From: an uncultured Actinomycetes bacterium
Lineage (GTDB): Bacteria > Actinomycetota > Actinomycetes > S36-B12 > CAIYMF01
Assembly: GCA_963843975.1 (NCBI GenBank)
Contig: CAWJMG010000001.1
Span: 480,001-512,000 of the forward strand
Direction of reading: 5' to 3'
Length of the DNA stretch: 32,000 nucleotides
The notes beneath the pieces are model-generated. The model was not told the DNA's origin and did not search any database. It saw only the letters and a list, made by a program, of their open reading frames with translations. Shown one piece after another: positions 25,088 through 32,000 of the stretch. The translations under genes were made by a program, and so were the position numbers. Every line of letters begins with the position of its first letter. The first letter of the stretch is position 1.

Positions 25088-25906
25088 GTGACCCAGACCG
25101 CAGACCTGCTGCTCCAGGACCCGAAGGCCGCCGCCGTCGAGGCGGCCGCCGAGCTCGCCCGTCTCACCGGTGCGCCGACGCACGACGTCGCGCTCGTGCT
25201 CGGCTCGGGCTGGGTTCCGGCGGTCGACCTCATCGGCGAGACCGTGACCGACATGGCCGTCACCGACCTGCCGCACTTCCCTGCGCCCGGTGTCGCAGGC
25301 CACGCGGGCCGGATCCGCAGCGTCCAGGCAGGCAGCACGCGCGCGCTCGTCTTCCTCGGCCGCACGCACTACTACGAGGAGCGCGGCGTCGAGGCGGTCG
25401 CCCACGCCGTACGCACCGCGGCGGCCGCCGGGTGCCGCGTCGTCGTCCTCACCAACGGCTGCGGCGGCCTCAACGCCGAGTGGACGCCGGGCACGCCCGT
25501 GCTCATCAGCGACCACATCAACCTGACCGGTGCGTCTCCGCTGCGCGGCGCGACGTTCATCGACCTGACCGACCTCTACTCCTCGCGCCTGCGCGCGATC
25601 TGCCAGGAGATCGAGCCCGGTCTCGCCGAGGGCGTGTACGCGCAGTTCCGCGGGCCGCAGTACGAGACCCCCGCCGAGGTGCGGATGGCGCGGATCCTCG
25701 GCGCCGACCTCGTCGGCATGTCCACGACCCTCGAGGCGATCGCTGCGCGCGAGGCGGGCATGGAGATCCTCGGCATCTCGCTGGTCACCAACCTCGGCGC
25801 CGGCATGACGGGCGAGCCCCTCAACCACGAGGAGGTGCTCGAGGCGGGCAAGGCCGCCGCCGAGCGCATGGGCCGCCTGCTCGCCCGGGTGGTGGCCTCG
25901 CTGTGA
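25088..25906 (+). CDS. punA: Purine nucleoside phosphorylase (trimeric PNP family)
   Basis: 272 aa. VLGSGW, GHAGR, RTHYYE, QFRGPQYETPAE and GMSTTLE motifs of PunA-type PNPs. Confidence 0.9.
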   Translation: MTQTADLLLQDPKAAAVEAAAELARLTGAPTHDVALVLGSGWVPAVDLIGETVTDMAVTDLPHFPAPGVAGHAGRIRSVQAGSTRALVFLGRTHYYEERGVEAVAHAVRTAAAAGCRVVVLTNGCGGLNAEWTPGTPVLISDHINLTGASPLRGATFIDLTDLYSSRLRAICQEIEPGLAEGVYAQFRGPQYETPAEVRMARILGADLVGMSTTLEAIAAREAGMEILGISLVTNLGAGMTGEPLNHEEVLEAGKAAAERMGRLLARVVASL

Positions 25907-27567
25907 CGTCGGAGCCCACGCTCGTCGACCGCGCCCGCGCCTGGCTGGCCGAGGACCCCGACCCCGACACGCAGCATGCCCTCGACACCCTGCTGGACGC
26001 CGCCGGGAGCGGCGACGAGGCCGCGACGGCGGAGCTCGTCGACGCGTTCGACGGCCGGCTCGAGTTCGGCACGGCCGGCCTGCGCGGCGCGCTCGGCCCC
26101 GGGCCCAACCGCATGAACCGCGCGGTCGTCTCGCGCGCAGCCGCGGGACTCGCGGAGTACCTGCAGCAGAGCGGCGGGGGCACGGTCGTCGTCGGGTACG
26201 ACGCACGGCACAAGTCCGACGCGTTCGCGCGCGACACCGCGGAGGTCATGGAGGGCGCCGGCCTGCACGCGTACGTGCTGCCGCGACCGCTCCCGACCCC
26301 TGTGCTGGCGTACGCGATCCGGCATCTGGGCGCAGCTGCCGGCGTGATGGTGACCGCCAGCCACAACCCTCCGCAGGACAACGGCTACAAGGTCTACCTC
26401 GGCGACGGCACGCAGATCGTCCCGCCCGCCGACCACGAGATCAGCGCATGCATCGACGCCGTCGGCGACGTGCGCGACCTCCCACGCGGCGACGGCTGGG
26501 AGCACCTCGACGACTCCGTGCTCGACGCCTACCTGCGCGACGTCGCCGGCCTCGTGCCGGCCGACGCACCTCGGCAGGTCGCCATCGCCTACACGCCGAT
26601 GCACGGCGTCGGCGGCGACGTGATGCTCGCAACCCTTGCCGCTGCTGGGTTCCCGGCGCCCAGCGTCGTGCGCGCGCAGTTCGCGCCCGACCCCGACTTC
26701 CCGACGGTGTCCTTCCCCAACCCGGAGGAGCCGGGCGCGATGGACCTCGCGCTGGAGGAAGGTCTCGATGCCGACGCCGATGTCGTCATCGCCAACGACC
26801 CCGACGCCGACCGCTGCGCCGTGGCCGTGCCGACGCACGACCGTGGAGCAGGCGGCGGACCGGCGTACCGCATGCTGCGCGGCGACGAGGTCGGCTGGCT
26901 GCTCGGCTGGTGGCTGCACGAGCGCGGCGCCGCCGGTGTCTACGCGAACTCGATCGTGTCGTCGTCGCTCCTGTCGAAGATGGCCGCGGCGTACGGCGCC
27001 CCGCACGAGGAGACGCTCACCGGCTTCAAGTGGATCGGCCGCGTGCCCGGTCTCGCGTTCGGCTACGAGGAGGCCCTCGGCTACTGCGTCGACGCGACCC
27101 GCGTCGCCGACAAGGACGGCGTGAGCGCGGCGCTGCTCGTCGTCGAGATGGTCGCCGCGCTCAAGGCGCACGACCGCACGGTGCACGATGTGCTCGACGA
27201 CCTCGCGGTCTCGCACGGCCTGCACGCCACCGACCAGCTCTCGGTGCGCGTCGACGACATCTCGGTCATCAGCGGCGCCATGGCGCGGCTGCGCGCCGAG
27301 CGGCCCACCGAGATCGCGGGCCTCGAGGTCCAGGCGTTCGAGGACCTCGAGGACGGCATCGACGGACTGCCCCCGACCGACGGCGTGCGCCTGCGGCTCG
27401 CCCAGAGCACGCGCGTGATCGTGCGCCCGAGCGGCACCGAGCCCAAGCTCAAGTGCTACCTCGAGGTGGTCGTACCCGTCGACGGCGACGTCGAGGCAGC
27501 GCAGCTCGTCGCCGCGCACCGCCTGGCCTCGCTCAAGGAGAGCCTCACGGTCGTGCTCGGCCTGTAG
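25903..27567 (+). CDS. Phospho-sugar mutase (alpha-D-phosphohexomutase superfamily, PmmB-like)
   Basis: GTG overlaps the punA stop (GTGA). 554 aa. FGTAGLRG, catalytic-serine loop TASHNPPQDNGYKV, Mg loop ANDPDADR, C-terminal RPSGTEPKLK. Confidence 0.9.
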   Translation: MTSEPTLVDRARAWLAEDPDPDTQHALDTLLDAAGSGDEAATAELVDAFDGRLEFGTAGLRGALGPGPNRMNRAVVSRAAAGLAEYLQQSGGGTVVVGYDARHKSDAFARDTAEVMEGAGLHAYVLPRPLPTPVLAYAIRHLGAAAGVMVTASHNPPQDNGYKVYLGDGTQIVPPADHEISACIDAVGDVRDLPRGDGWEHLDDSVLDAYLRDVAGLVPADAPRQVAIAYTPMHGVGGDVMLATLAAAGFPAPSVVRAQFAPDPDFPTVSFPNPEEPGAMDLALEEGLDADADVVIANDPDADRCAVAVPTHDRGAGGGPAYRMLRGDEVGWLLGWWLHERGAAGVYANSIVSSSLLSKMAAAYGAPHEETLTGFKWIGRVPGLAFGYEEALGYCVDATRVADKDGVSAALLVVEMVAALKAHDRTVHDVLDDLAVSHGLHATDQLSVRVDDISVISGAMARLRAERPTEIAGLEVQAFEDLEDGIDGLPPTDGVRLRLAQSTRVIVRPSGTEPKLKCYLEVVVPVDGDVEAAQLVAAHRLASLKESLTVVLGL

Positions 27568-27576
27568 CGGCAGCCG

Positions 27577-28500
27577 TCAGTCCGACACGGCGATGACGAG
27601 CTTGCCGCGCACGTGACCCTCGCGGCTGCGCGCGAACGCGGCCGGAAGCTCTTCCAGCGGAACGACGTCGGCGACCGGGACGCGCAGCTGCCCGGCGTCG
27701 GCCAGTCGGCCGAGCTCGCCCAGGCCCTCGGCCGAGGGCCGCACCCAGAACCACGAGCCGCCGGTGTCGAGGACGGTCGAGTCCGCGATCGACGCGTGGC
27801 GGCCGCCCTCCGCGAGCACCGCCATGGTGACGTCGCGGACGCCGCCGACGAAGTCGACCACCACGTCGACGCCGTCCGGCGCGATCGCCCGGATGCGCTC
27901 GACGGAGCCGTCGCCGTACGCCACCGGCGTGGCGCCGAGGTCGGAGAGGAACTCGTGGTTGGCCTCGGACGCCGTCGCGATCACGCGTGCGTCCCGGGCC
28001 TTCGCGATCTGCACGGCCATGGCACCCACGCCGCCGGCGCCGCCGTGGACCAGCACCGTGTCCGAGGCCGACACGACGAGCCGGTCGAGCGCCTGCAGCG
28101 CGGTGAGCCCGGTGAGCGGCAGGCCGCCCGCCTCGTCCCAGCTGAGGGACTCCGGCTTCAGCGCGACGCCGCGCACGCTCATGGTGACGAGCTCGGCGAA
28201 GGTGCCGCCGTGGACGACGTCCTTGCGCGCGTAGGCGACGACCTCGTCGCCCACCTCGAACTCGGGGGTGTCGATGCCGACCGTCTCGACCACCCCGGCG
28301 ACGTCCCAGCCCGGGACGACGGGGAAGACCGCGTCCATGAGGCCGTCGAGGCCGCCGGACATCACCTTCCAGTCGACGGGGTTCACGCCCGCGCGCCTGA
28401 CGCGGATGCGCACCTCACCCGGACCCACCTTCGGGTCGGGCAGCTCGCGCAGCGCGAGGACGTCGTCGGATCCGTATGCGTCGTAGGCCATGGCTCTCAT
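27577..28500 (-). CDS. NADPH:quinone oxidoreductase / zinc-type alcohol dehydrogenase-like (MDR family)
   Basis: 307 aa. MRAMAYDAYGSDDVLALRELPDP, AGVNPVDWK, and the nucleotide-binding VLVHGGAGGVG motif. Confidence 0.85.
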   Translation of the reverse strand: MRAMAYDAYGSDDVLALRELPDPKVGPGEVRIRVRRAGVNPVDWKVMSGGLDGLMDAVFPVVPGWDVAGVVETVGIDTPEFEVGDEVVAYARKDVVHGGTFAELVTMSVRGVALKPESLSWDEAGGLPLTGLTALQALDRLVVSASDTVLVHGGAGGVGAMAVQIAKARDARVIATASEANHEFLSDLGATPVAYGDGSVERIRAIAPDGVDVVVDFVGGVRDVTMAVLAEGGRHASIADSTVLDTGGSWFWVRPSAEGLGELGRLADAGQLRVPVADVVPLEELPAAFARSREGHVRGKLVIAVSD

Positions 28501-28507
28501 GCCTTCG

Positions 28508-28513
28508 ACGCTA
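28508..28513 (-). promoter_or_regulatory. Candidate -10 hexamer TAGCGT, 7 nt upstream of the oxidoreductase ATG
   Basis: Minus strand reads TAGCGT-cgaaggc-ATG. Alternatively, GAAGG in the spacer could serve as an SD for the in-frame ATG at 28491. Confidence 0.3.
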
Positions 28514-28586
28514 GCCCTGGTACGCCGACCCTGCAGACCACGAGCGGGTCGGGATCCTCACGCGCGACGCGGGAATGCGCGCGGCG

Positions 28587-29147
28587 TCACTGCTCGAGGT
28601 CGGCGGGGAGCAGCGAGTAGCCGTACAGGTCATGCCGGCCGTCGGCGCGCTTCTGCGCGGAGCGCAGCACGCCCTCGCGCGTGAACCCCGCGCGCTCCAA
28701 GGACTTCTGCTCCGCGACGTTCGTGACGTCGGTGGAGGCCTCGATGCGCTGCACGTGCGTGGTGGCGAGCAGCCAGCGCGCGAGCAGCCTCTGGGCCACC
28801 GTGCCGACGCCGTGGCCGCGGGCGGTCTCGGCGACCTCGATGCCGATGTTCCACGCGTGCGAGCCGGGGTTGGGGCCGTACGTCACGAGGTGCCACGACA
28901 GGTAGCCCGCGAACGCGCGCACGCCCTCCGCGTCGGTGAGGTCGATGATCACTCGGCCGAGCAGCGGCGGCGGCGGATCCTTCGGCTCGTCGTCGGGCCA
29001 GGCGTCGTACTCCGACTCGACCGGCACGACGCGAGTCTCGTCCCAGGGCACGACGTCGACGCGCAGCCCCGTGCGGGTGAAGCCGGTTGCCTTGACGGCG
29101 GCGTCGACGTCGAGGTCGACGACGTCGGCGGGCACGGGTGCGGTCAC
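28587..29147 (-). CDS. GNAT-family N-acetyltransferase (RimJ/RimL-like) with ~70-aa N-terminal extension
   Basis: 186 aa. RGHGVGTVAQRLLARWLL acetyl-CoA-binding motif A and N-x-x-x-x-K-S-LERAGFTREGVLR. GTG start 4 nt after the upstream stop. Confidence 0.8.
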   Translation of the reverse strand: MTAPVPADVVDLDVDAAVKATGFTRTGLRVDVVPWDETRVVPVESEYDAWPDDEPKDPPPPLLGRVIIDLTDAEGVRAFAGYLSWHLVTYGPNPGSHAWNIGIEVAETARGHGVGTVAQRLLARWLLATTHVQRIEASTDVTNVAEQKSLERAGFTREGVLRSAQKRADGRHDLYGYSLLPADLEQ

Positions 29148-29151
29148 CTGC

Positions 29152-29757
29152 TCATCCCAGCAGAAGCAGCATGAGGAACGCGACCGCGTTGACCGCGCCG
29201 ACGGTCGCCACGACGATCGCGAGCCGGTCGACCTCCCACACCGGTGGCGCGTCGGAGGCGTTGCCGCCGCGAAGGCTGTGGGCCCGGTCCTCGATCGCCT
29301 CGACGACGTCGTACGTCGTCAACGCGGACCGCACCGGAGCGTGATCGCTCTCGGGCAGCGGACGGCCGCCGAACGCCGAGGCGAACCCGCTGACGATCGG
29401 CCGCTTGTCCCTGCGCGGCAGGGCGAAGCAGCGCACGACCTCGTCGCCCGCGTGGATGCGGATGACGTCCTCGGCGTCGACCTTCGTGATCGAGCTCCAG
29501 GTGACGGACCACGTGCGGACCGGGTTGTGCACCTCGAGCACCGTGGGCAGCTCCACGACCGAGGGCCGGATCCCGAAGACGAACGCCACCGAGCCGGCGG
29601 CCACGCAGAGGGTGACCGCGGTCCAGCGCCCGGTGCCCTCGCCGACGATCAGCGCCTGGACCGCCAGGGCGACGGCGATGACGAGCACGAACCAGCCCAC
29701 GAAGCGCCCGCCGCCGAGACGGTAGGAGCGCAGCCTGCTCGGGTCGAAGCCGCTCAT
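29152..29757 (-). CDS. bPH_6-like PH-domain membrane protein
   Basis: ATG 29757. Two N-terminal TM helices, then LEVHNPVRTWSVTWSSITKVDAEDVIRIHAGDEVVRCFALP, resembling the actinobacterial low-molecular-weight-antigen-6 PH domain. One more C-terminal TM helix. Confidence 0.55.
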   Translation of the reverse strand: MSGFDPSRLRSYRLGGGRFVGWFVLVIAVALAVQALIVGEGTGRWTAVTLCVAAGSVAFVFGIRPSVVELPTVLEVHNPVRTWSVTWSSITKVDAEDVIRIHAGDEVVRCFALPRRDKRPIVSGFASAFGGRPLPESDHAPVRSALTTYDVVEAIEDRAHSLRGGNASDAPPVWEVDRLAIVVATVGAVNAVAFLMLLLLG

Positions 29758-29791
29758 CGCGCCATCATGCCCCGGGCGGGCGCTGACCGCG

Positions 29792-31216
29792 TCACGCGGT
29801 GGTCGCCAGCACCTCGCGCACCATCTCCAGGGTGGTGCCCGGGTGCAGGAAGGCGAAGCGGCCCACGGTCTCGCCCTCCCACGTGGTGCTGGTGATGAAG
29901 GCGACCTGGTCGGCGAGCAGGCGCGCACCCCAGTCGTCGTAGTCCTGCGCCGTCCACCCCGTACGCCGGAAGAGCACGACCGACAGGCCCGGCTCGCGCA
30001 GCAGCTCGAGGTGGTCGGACGCCTCGACCTCGGCCGCGGTCTCGCGGGCCAGGGTGATGGAGTGCTCGATCGCATCCGTGTACGCCTGGGTGCCGTTGAC
30101 GACGAGCGAGAACCACAGCGGCAGGCCGCGCGCGCGTCGCGTGAGGTGGTACGCGTAGTCGGTCGGGTTCCACTCGTAGGAGCCGTCGTCGTGGTGGATC
30201 GCGTCGAGGTACGACGCGTCCTGCGTGTGCACGCGCTTGGCGAGCCACGGCTCCCGGTAGATCAGCGCGGCGCAGTCGAACGGCGCGAAGAGCCACTTGT
30301 GCGGGTCGACGATGAAGGAGTCGGCGAGCTCGATGCCGTCGTACCGCTCGCGGACGCTCGGCGCGAACAGGCCGGCGCCGCCGTACGCGCCGTCGACGTG
30401 GAACCAGAGGCCACGCTCGCGCGCGACGGTGCCGATGCCGCGGAGGTCGTCGACGATGCCGGCGTTGGTCGTGCCCGACGTGGCGACGACGCCCACGATC
30501 GTCTCGGGGTCGGAGTCGGCGTCGAGGGCCGCGCGCAGGGCGTCGCCGGTGAACCGGTGGTCGGCCATGCGGATGACGAACGGGTCGACGTCGAGGATCG
30601 AGAGCGTGTTCTTGATCGACGAGTGCGCCTGGTCGCTGACGGCGATCCGCAGGCGGCGGTAGCGCGCCTGCTCGCCATCGCGCTCGACGAGGCGACGGCG
30701 CGCGGTGTCGCGGGCGACGACGAGGGCGGAGAGGTTGCCGGCCGAGCCGCCGGACACGAACGCGCCACCGGCGGTGTCGGGGAGGCCGGCGGCGTCGGAG
30801 ATCCAGCGCAGCGCCTGGTTCTCCGCGGCGACGGCGCCCGCGGCCTCGAGCCACGAGATGCCCTGAAGCGACGCCGCCGACACGACCATGTCGAACAGCA
30901 GCGCTGCCTTGGTGGGCGCGGCCGGGATGAACGCGAAGAAGCGCGGCGAGTCAGCCGAGAGCACCGTCTGCGACAGGTGGTGCTCGTAGAGGTCCATCAC
31001 GACCGCGGGGTCGGTGCCGTCGGCCGTGATGAGGCCGTCGAGGAGGCCGTCGACGGTCGCCTTGTCGCCGGGGTGGTCGAGCGGCGTCTCCGCGAGCGAG
31101 AGGCGGTCGCGGACGTAGTCGAGGATGAGGGAGACGAGCCGGTCGTCGTTGACGTGCATCCGCTGCTGGGGCGGGACGGGGCTCGAAGCGGGGGTGACAG
31201 GGCTGTCCGGGGTCAT
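29792..31216 (-). CDS. Group II pyridoxal-phosphate-dependent amino-acid decarboxylase
   Basis: SGGSAGNLSALVVARD, and DPHKWLFAPFDCAALIY carrying the PLP lysine. Start is either ATG 31216 (GGAAGG SD 10 nt upstream) or ATG 31255 (longest ORF). Confidence 0.85.
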   Translation of the reverse strand: MTPDSPVTPASSPVPPQQRMHVNDDRLVSLILDYVRDRLSLAETPLDHPGDKATVDGLLDGLITADGTDPAVVMDLYEHHLSQTVLSADSPRFFAFIPAAPTKAALLFDMVVSAASLQGISWLEAAGAVAAENQALRWISDAAGLPDTAGGAFVSGGSAGNLSALVVARDTARRRLVERDGEQARYRRLRIAVSDQAHSSIKNTLSILDVDPFVIRMADHRFTGDALRAALDADSDPETIVGVVATSGTTNAGIVDDLRGIGTVARERGLWFHVDGAYGGAGLFAPSVRERYDGIELADSFIVDPHKWLFAPFDCAALIYREPWLAKRVHTQDASYLDAIHHDDGSYEWNPTDYAYHLTRRARGLPLWFSLVVNGTQAYTDAIEHSITLARETAAEVEASDHLELLREPGLSVVLFRRTGWTAQDYDDWGARLLADQVAFITSTTWEGETVGRFAFLHPGTTLEMVREVLATTA

Positions 31217-31335
31217 TCCGGGGCCTTCCGGGAGCACGGCGCGCCGATGGCCCATCCACGCAGCAGGCGCCGGAGCGGCACTCTAACGCCCAGGAAGGGC
31301 GTCCGACGAACTCCTCGCACCCCTGGCGCCGCGAC

Positions 31336-31341
31336 TAGGAT
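31336..31341 (+). promoter_or_regulatory. Candidate -10 hexamer TAGGAT, 6 nt upstream of the deoC GTG
   Basis: TAGGAT-cggtga-GTG. An in-frame TGA immediately precedes the GTG, so this is the first possible start. Confidence 0.4.
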
Positions 31342-31347
31342 CGGTGA

Positions 31348-32000
31348 GTGACCCGCTCCCCCAGCAGCCTGGCCGCCGACCCCGGCGCCCTGGCCGACGC
31401 GACGAGGTCCGACGCGGCGCTCCGGCGCTTCCTCGGCGGCCTCCCCGGAGTCGACCAGGTCGGTGCCGAGTCCCGCGCCGCGGCACTCTCGACCCGCTCG
31501 ATCAAGACGACCGCCAAGGCCTTCGCCATCGACCTCGCGATCTCGATGATCGACCTCACCACGCTGCAGGGGAACGACACCCCGGGCAAGGTGCGCACTC
31601 TCTGCGCGAAGGCCCGCCGGCCGGACGGCCACGACCCGTCCGTGCCGTCGACCGCAGCCGTGTGCGTCTACAACGACCTCGTCGGCCTCGCGAAGGAGGA
31701 GCTCGGCGACAGCGGCGTCAAGGTCGCCGCGGTGACCACGGCGTTCCCCTCCGGCCGCGCATCGATGGCCGTGAAGATCGCGGACACGCGCGACGCCGTC
31801 CGGCAGGGCGCGGACGAGATCGACATGGTGATCGACCGCGGCGCATTCCTGTCCGGCCGCTACCTCGAGGTGTTCGAGGAGATCGCCGCGATCAAGGAGA
31901 TCTGCCACGAGGACGGCGCCGACGCCCACCTCAAGGTGATCCTCGAGACCGGCGAGCTCGCGACGTACGACAACGTCCGACGCGCATCCTGGCTGGCGAT
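31348..32000 (+). CDS. deoC: Deoxyribose-phosphate aldolase (long actinobacterial form), 3' end outside the window
   Basis: Not in the ORF track because it has no stop within the window. My translation gives VTRSPSS...LPGVDQVGAESRAAALSTRSIKT...IDLTTLQGNDTPGKV...ADEIDMVIDRGAF...LKVILETGEL, matching DeoC motifs. Confidence 0.85.
   Translation, partial: MTRSPSSLAADPGALADATRSDAALRRFLGGLPGVDQVGAESRAAALSTRSIKTTAKAFAIDLAISMIDLTTLQGNDTPGKVRTLCAKARRPDGHDPSVPSTAAVCVYNDLVGLAKEELGDSGVKVAAVTTAFPSGRASMAVKIADTRDAVRQGADEIDMVIDRGAFLSGRYLEVFEEIAAIKEICHEDGADAHLKVILETGELATYDNVRRASWLA

Noticed and set aside
1-32000. Scan for tRNA/rRNA signatures (GGTTCGAATCC-type T-loops, conserved rRNA strings), transposase or integrase genes, and long direct or inverted terminal repeats.
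   Set aside because: None recognised by eye. Every gap longer than 80 bp is accounted for by promoters, terminators or the hairpin-rich region at 12355..12673. A covariance-model scan would be needed to exclude small ncRNAs.

Overview
High-GC (roughly 70%+ by eye) actinobacterial chromosome segment, most likely Micrococcales-like. It is densely coding. I found no rRNA, tRNA, CRISPR array, transposase or integrase. Frames were chosen by protein-like composition and recognisable motifs, because the GC bias produces many long Arg/Pro/Gly-rich shadow ORFs (up to 1479 aa), which I rejected.

Gene order, left to right:
- purE (first codons only) and purK.
- Aldose 1-epimerase.
- gtrA-like gene.
- Minus-strand signalling block: histidine kinase, OmpR-type response regulator, GAF-GGDEF protein, class III adenylate cyclase.
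- bPH_2 membrane protein and birA.
- accD5-like carboxyltransferase, epsilon subunit, maf, and a coupled small ORF.
- NUDIX hydrolase.
- LAXTG-anchored surface protein.
- Second carboxyltransferase, divergent MerR regulator, accA3-like biotin carboxylase/BCCP.
- Membrane protein with a GGDF-repeat tail, a Tat-like secreted protein of unknown family, and a secreted beta-propeller.
- Frameshifted lpdA-like flavoprotein gene.
- Gamma-glutamylcyclotransferase-like gene and a polytopic membrane protein.
- punA and a phospho-sugar mutase.
- Quinone oxidoreductase, GNAT, bPH_6 membrane protein and PLP decarboxylase (all minus strand).
- deoC (runs off the window).

From memory of M. tuberculosis H37Rv gene order, the backbone matches Rv3275c-Rv3285 and Rv3303c-Rv3308, with lineage-specific genes inserted between conserved blocks.

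I do not see a clear-cut novel multi-gene system such as a defence island. The best leads are:
- The cAMP / c-di-GMP / two-component block.
- The MerR-carboxylase regulatory palindromes.
- The 1-nt frameshift in lpdA.
- A highly structured 320-bp intergenic region.
- The exported and membrane proteins of unknown function at 18.2-21.8 kb.
- A PLP-decarboxylase / bPH / GNAT operon.
- A consistent TANNNT-N6/7-start signature suggesting leaderless mRNAs for seven genes.
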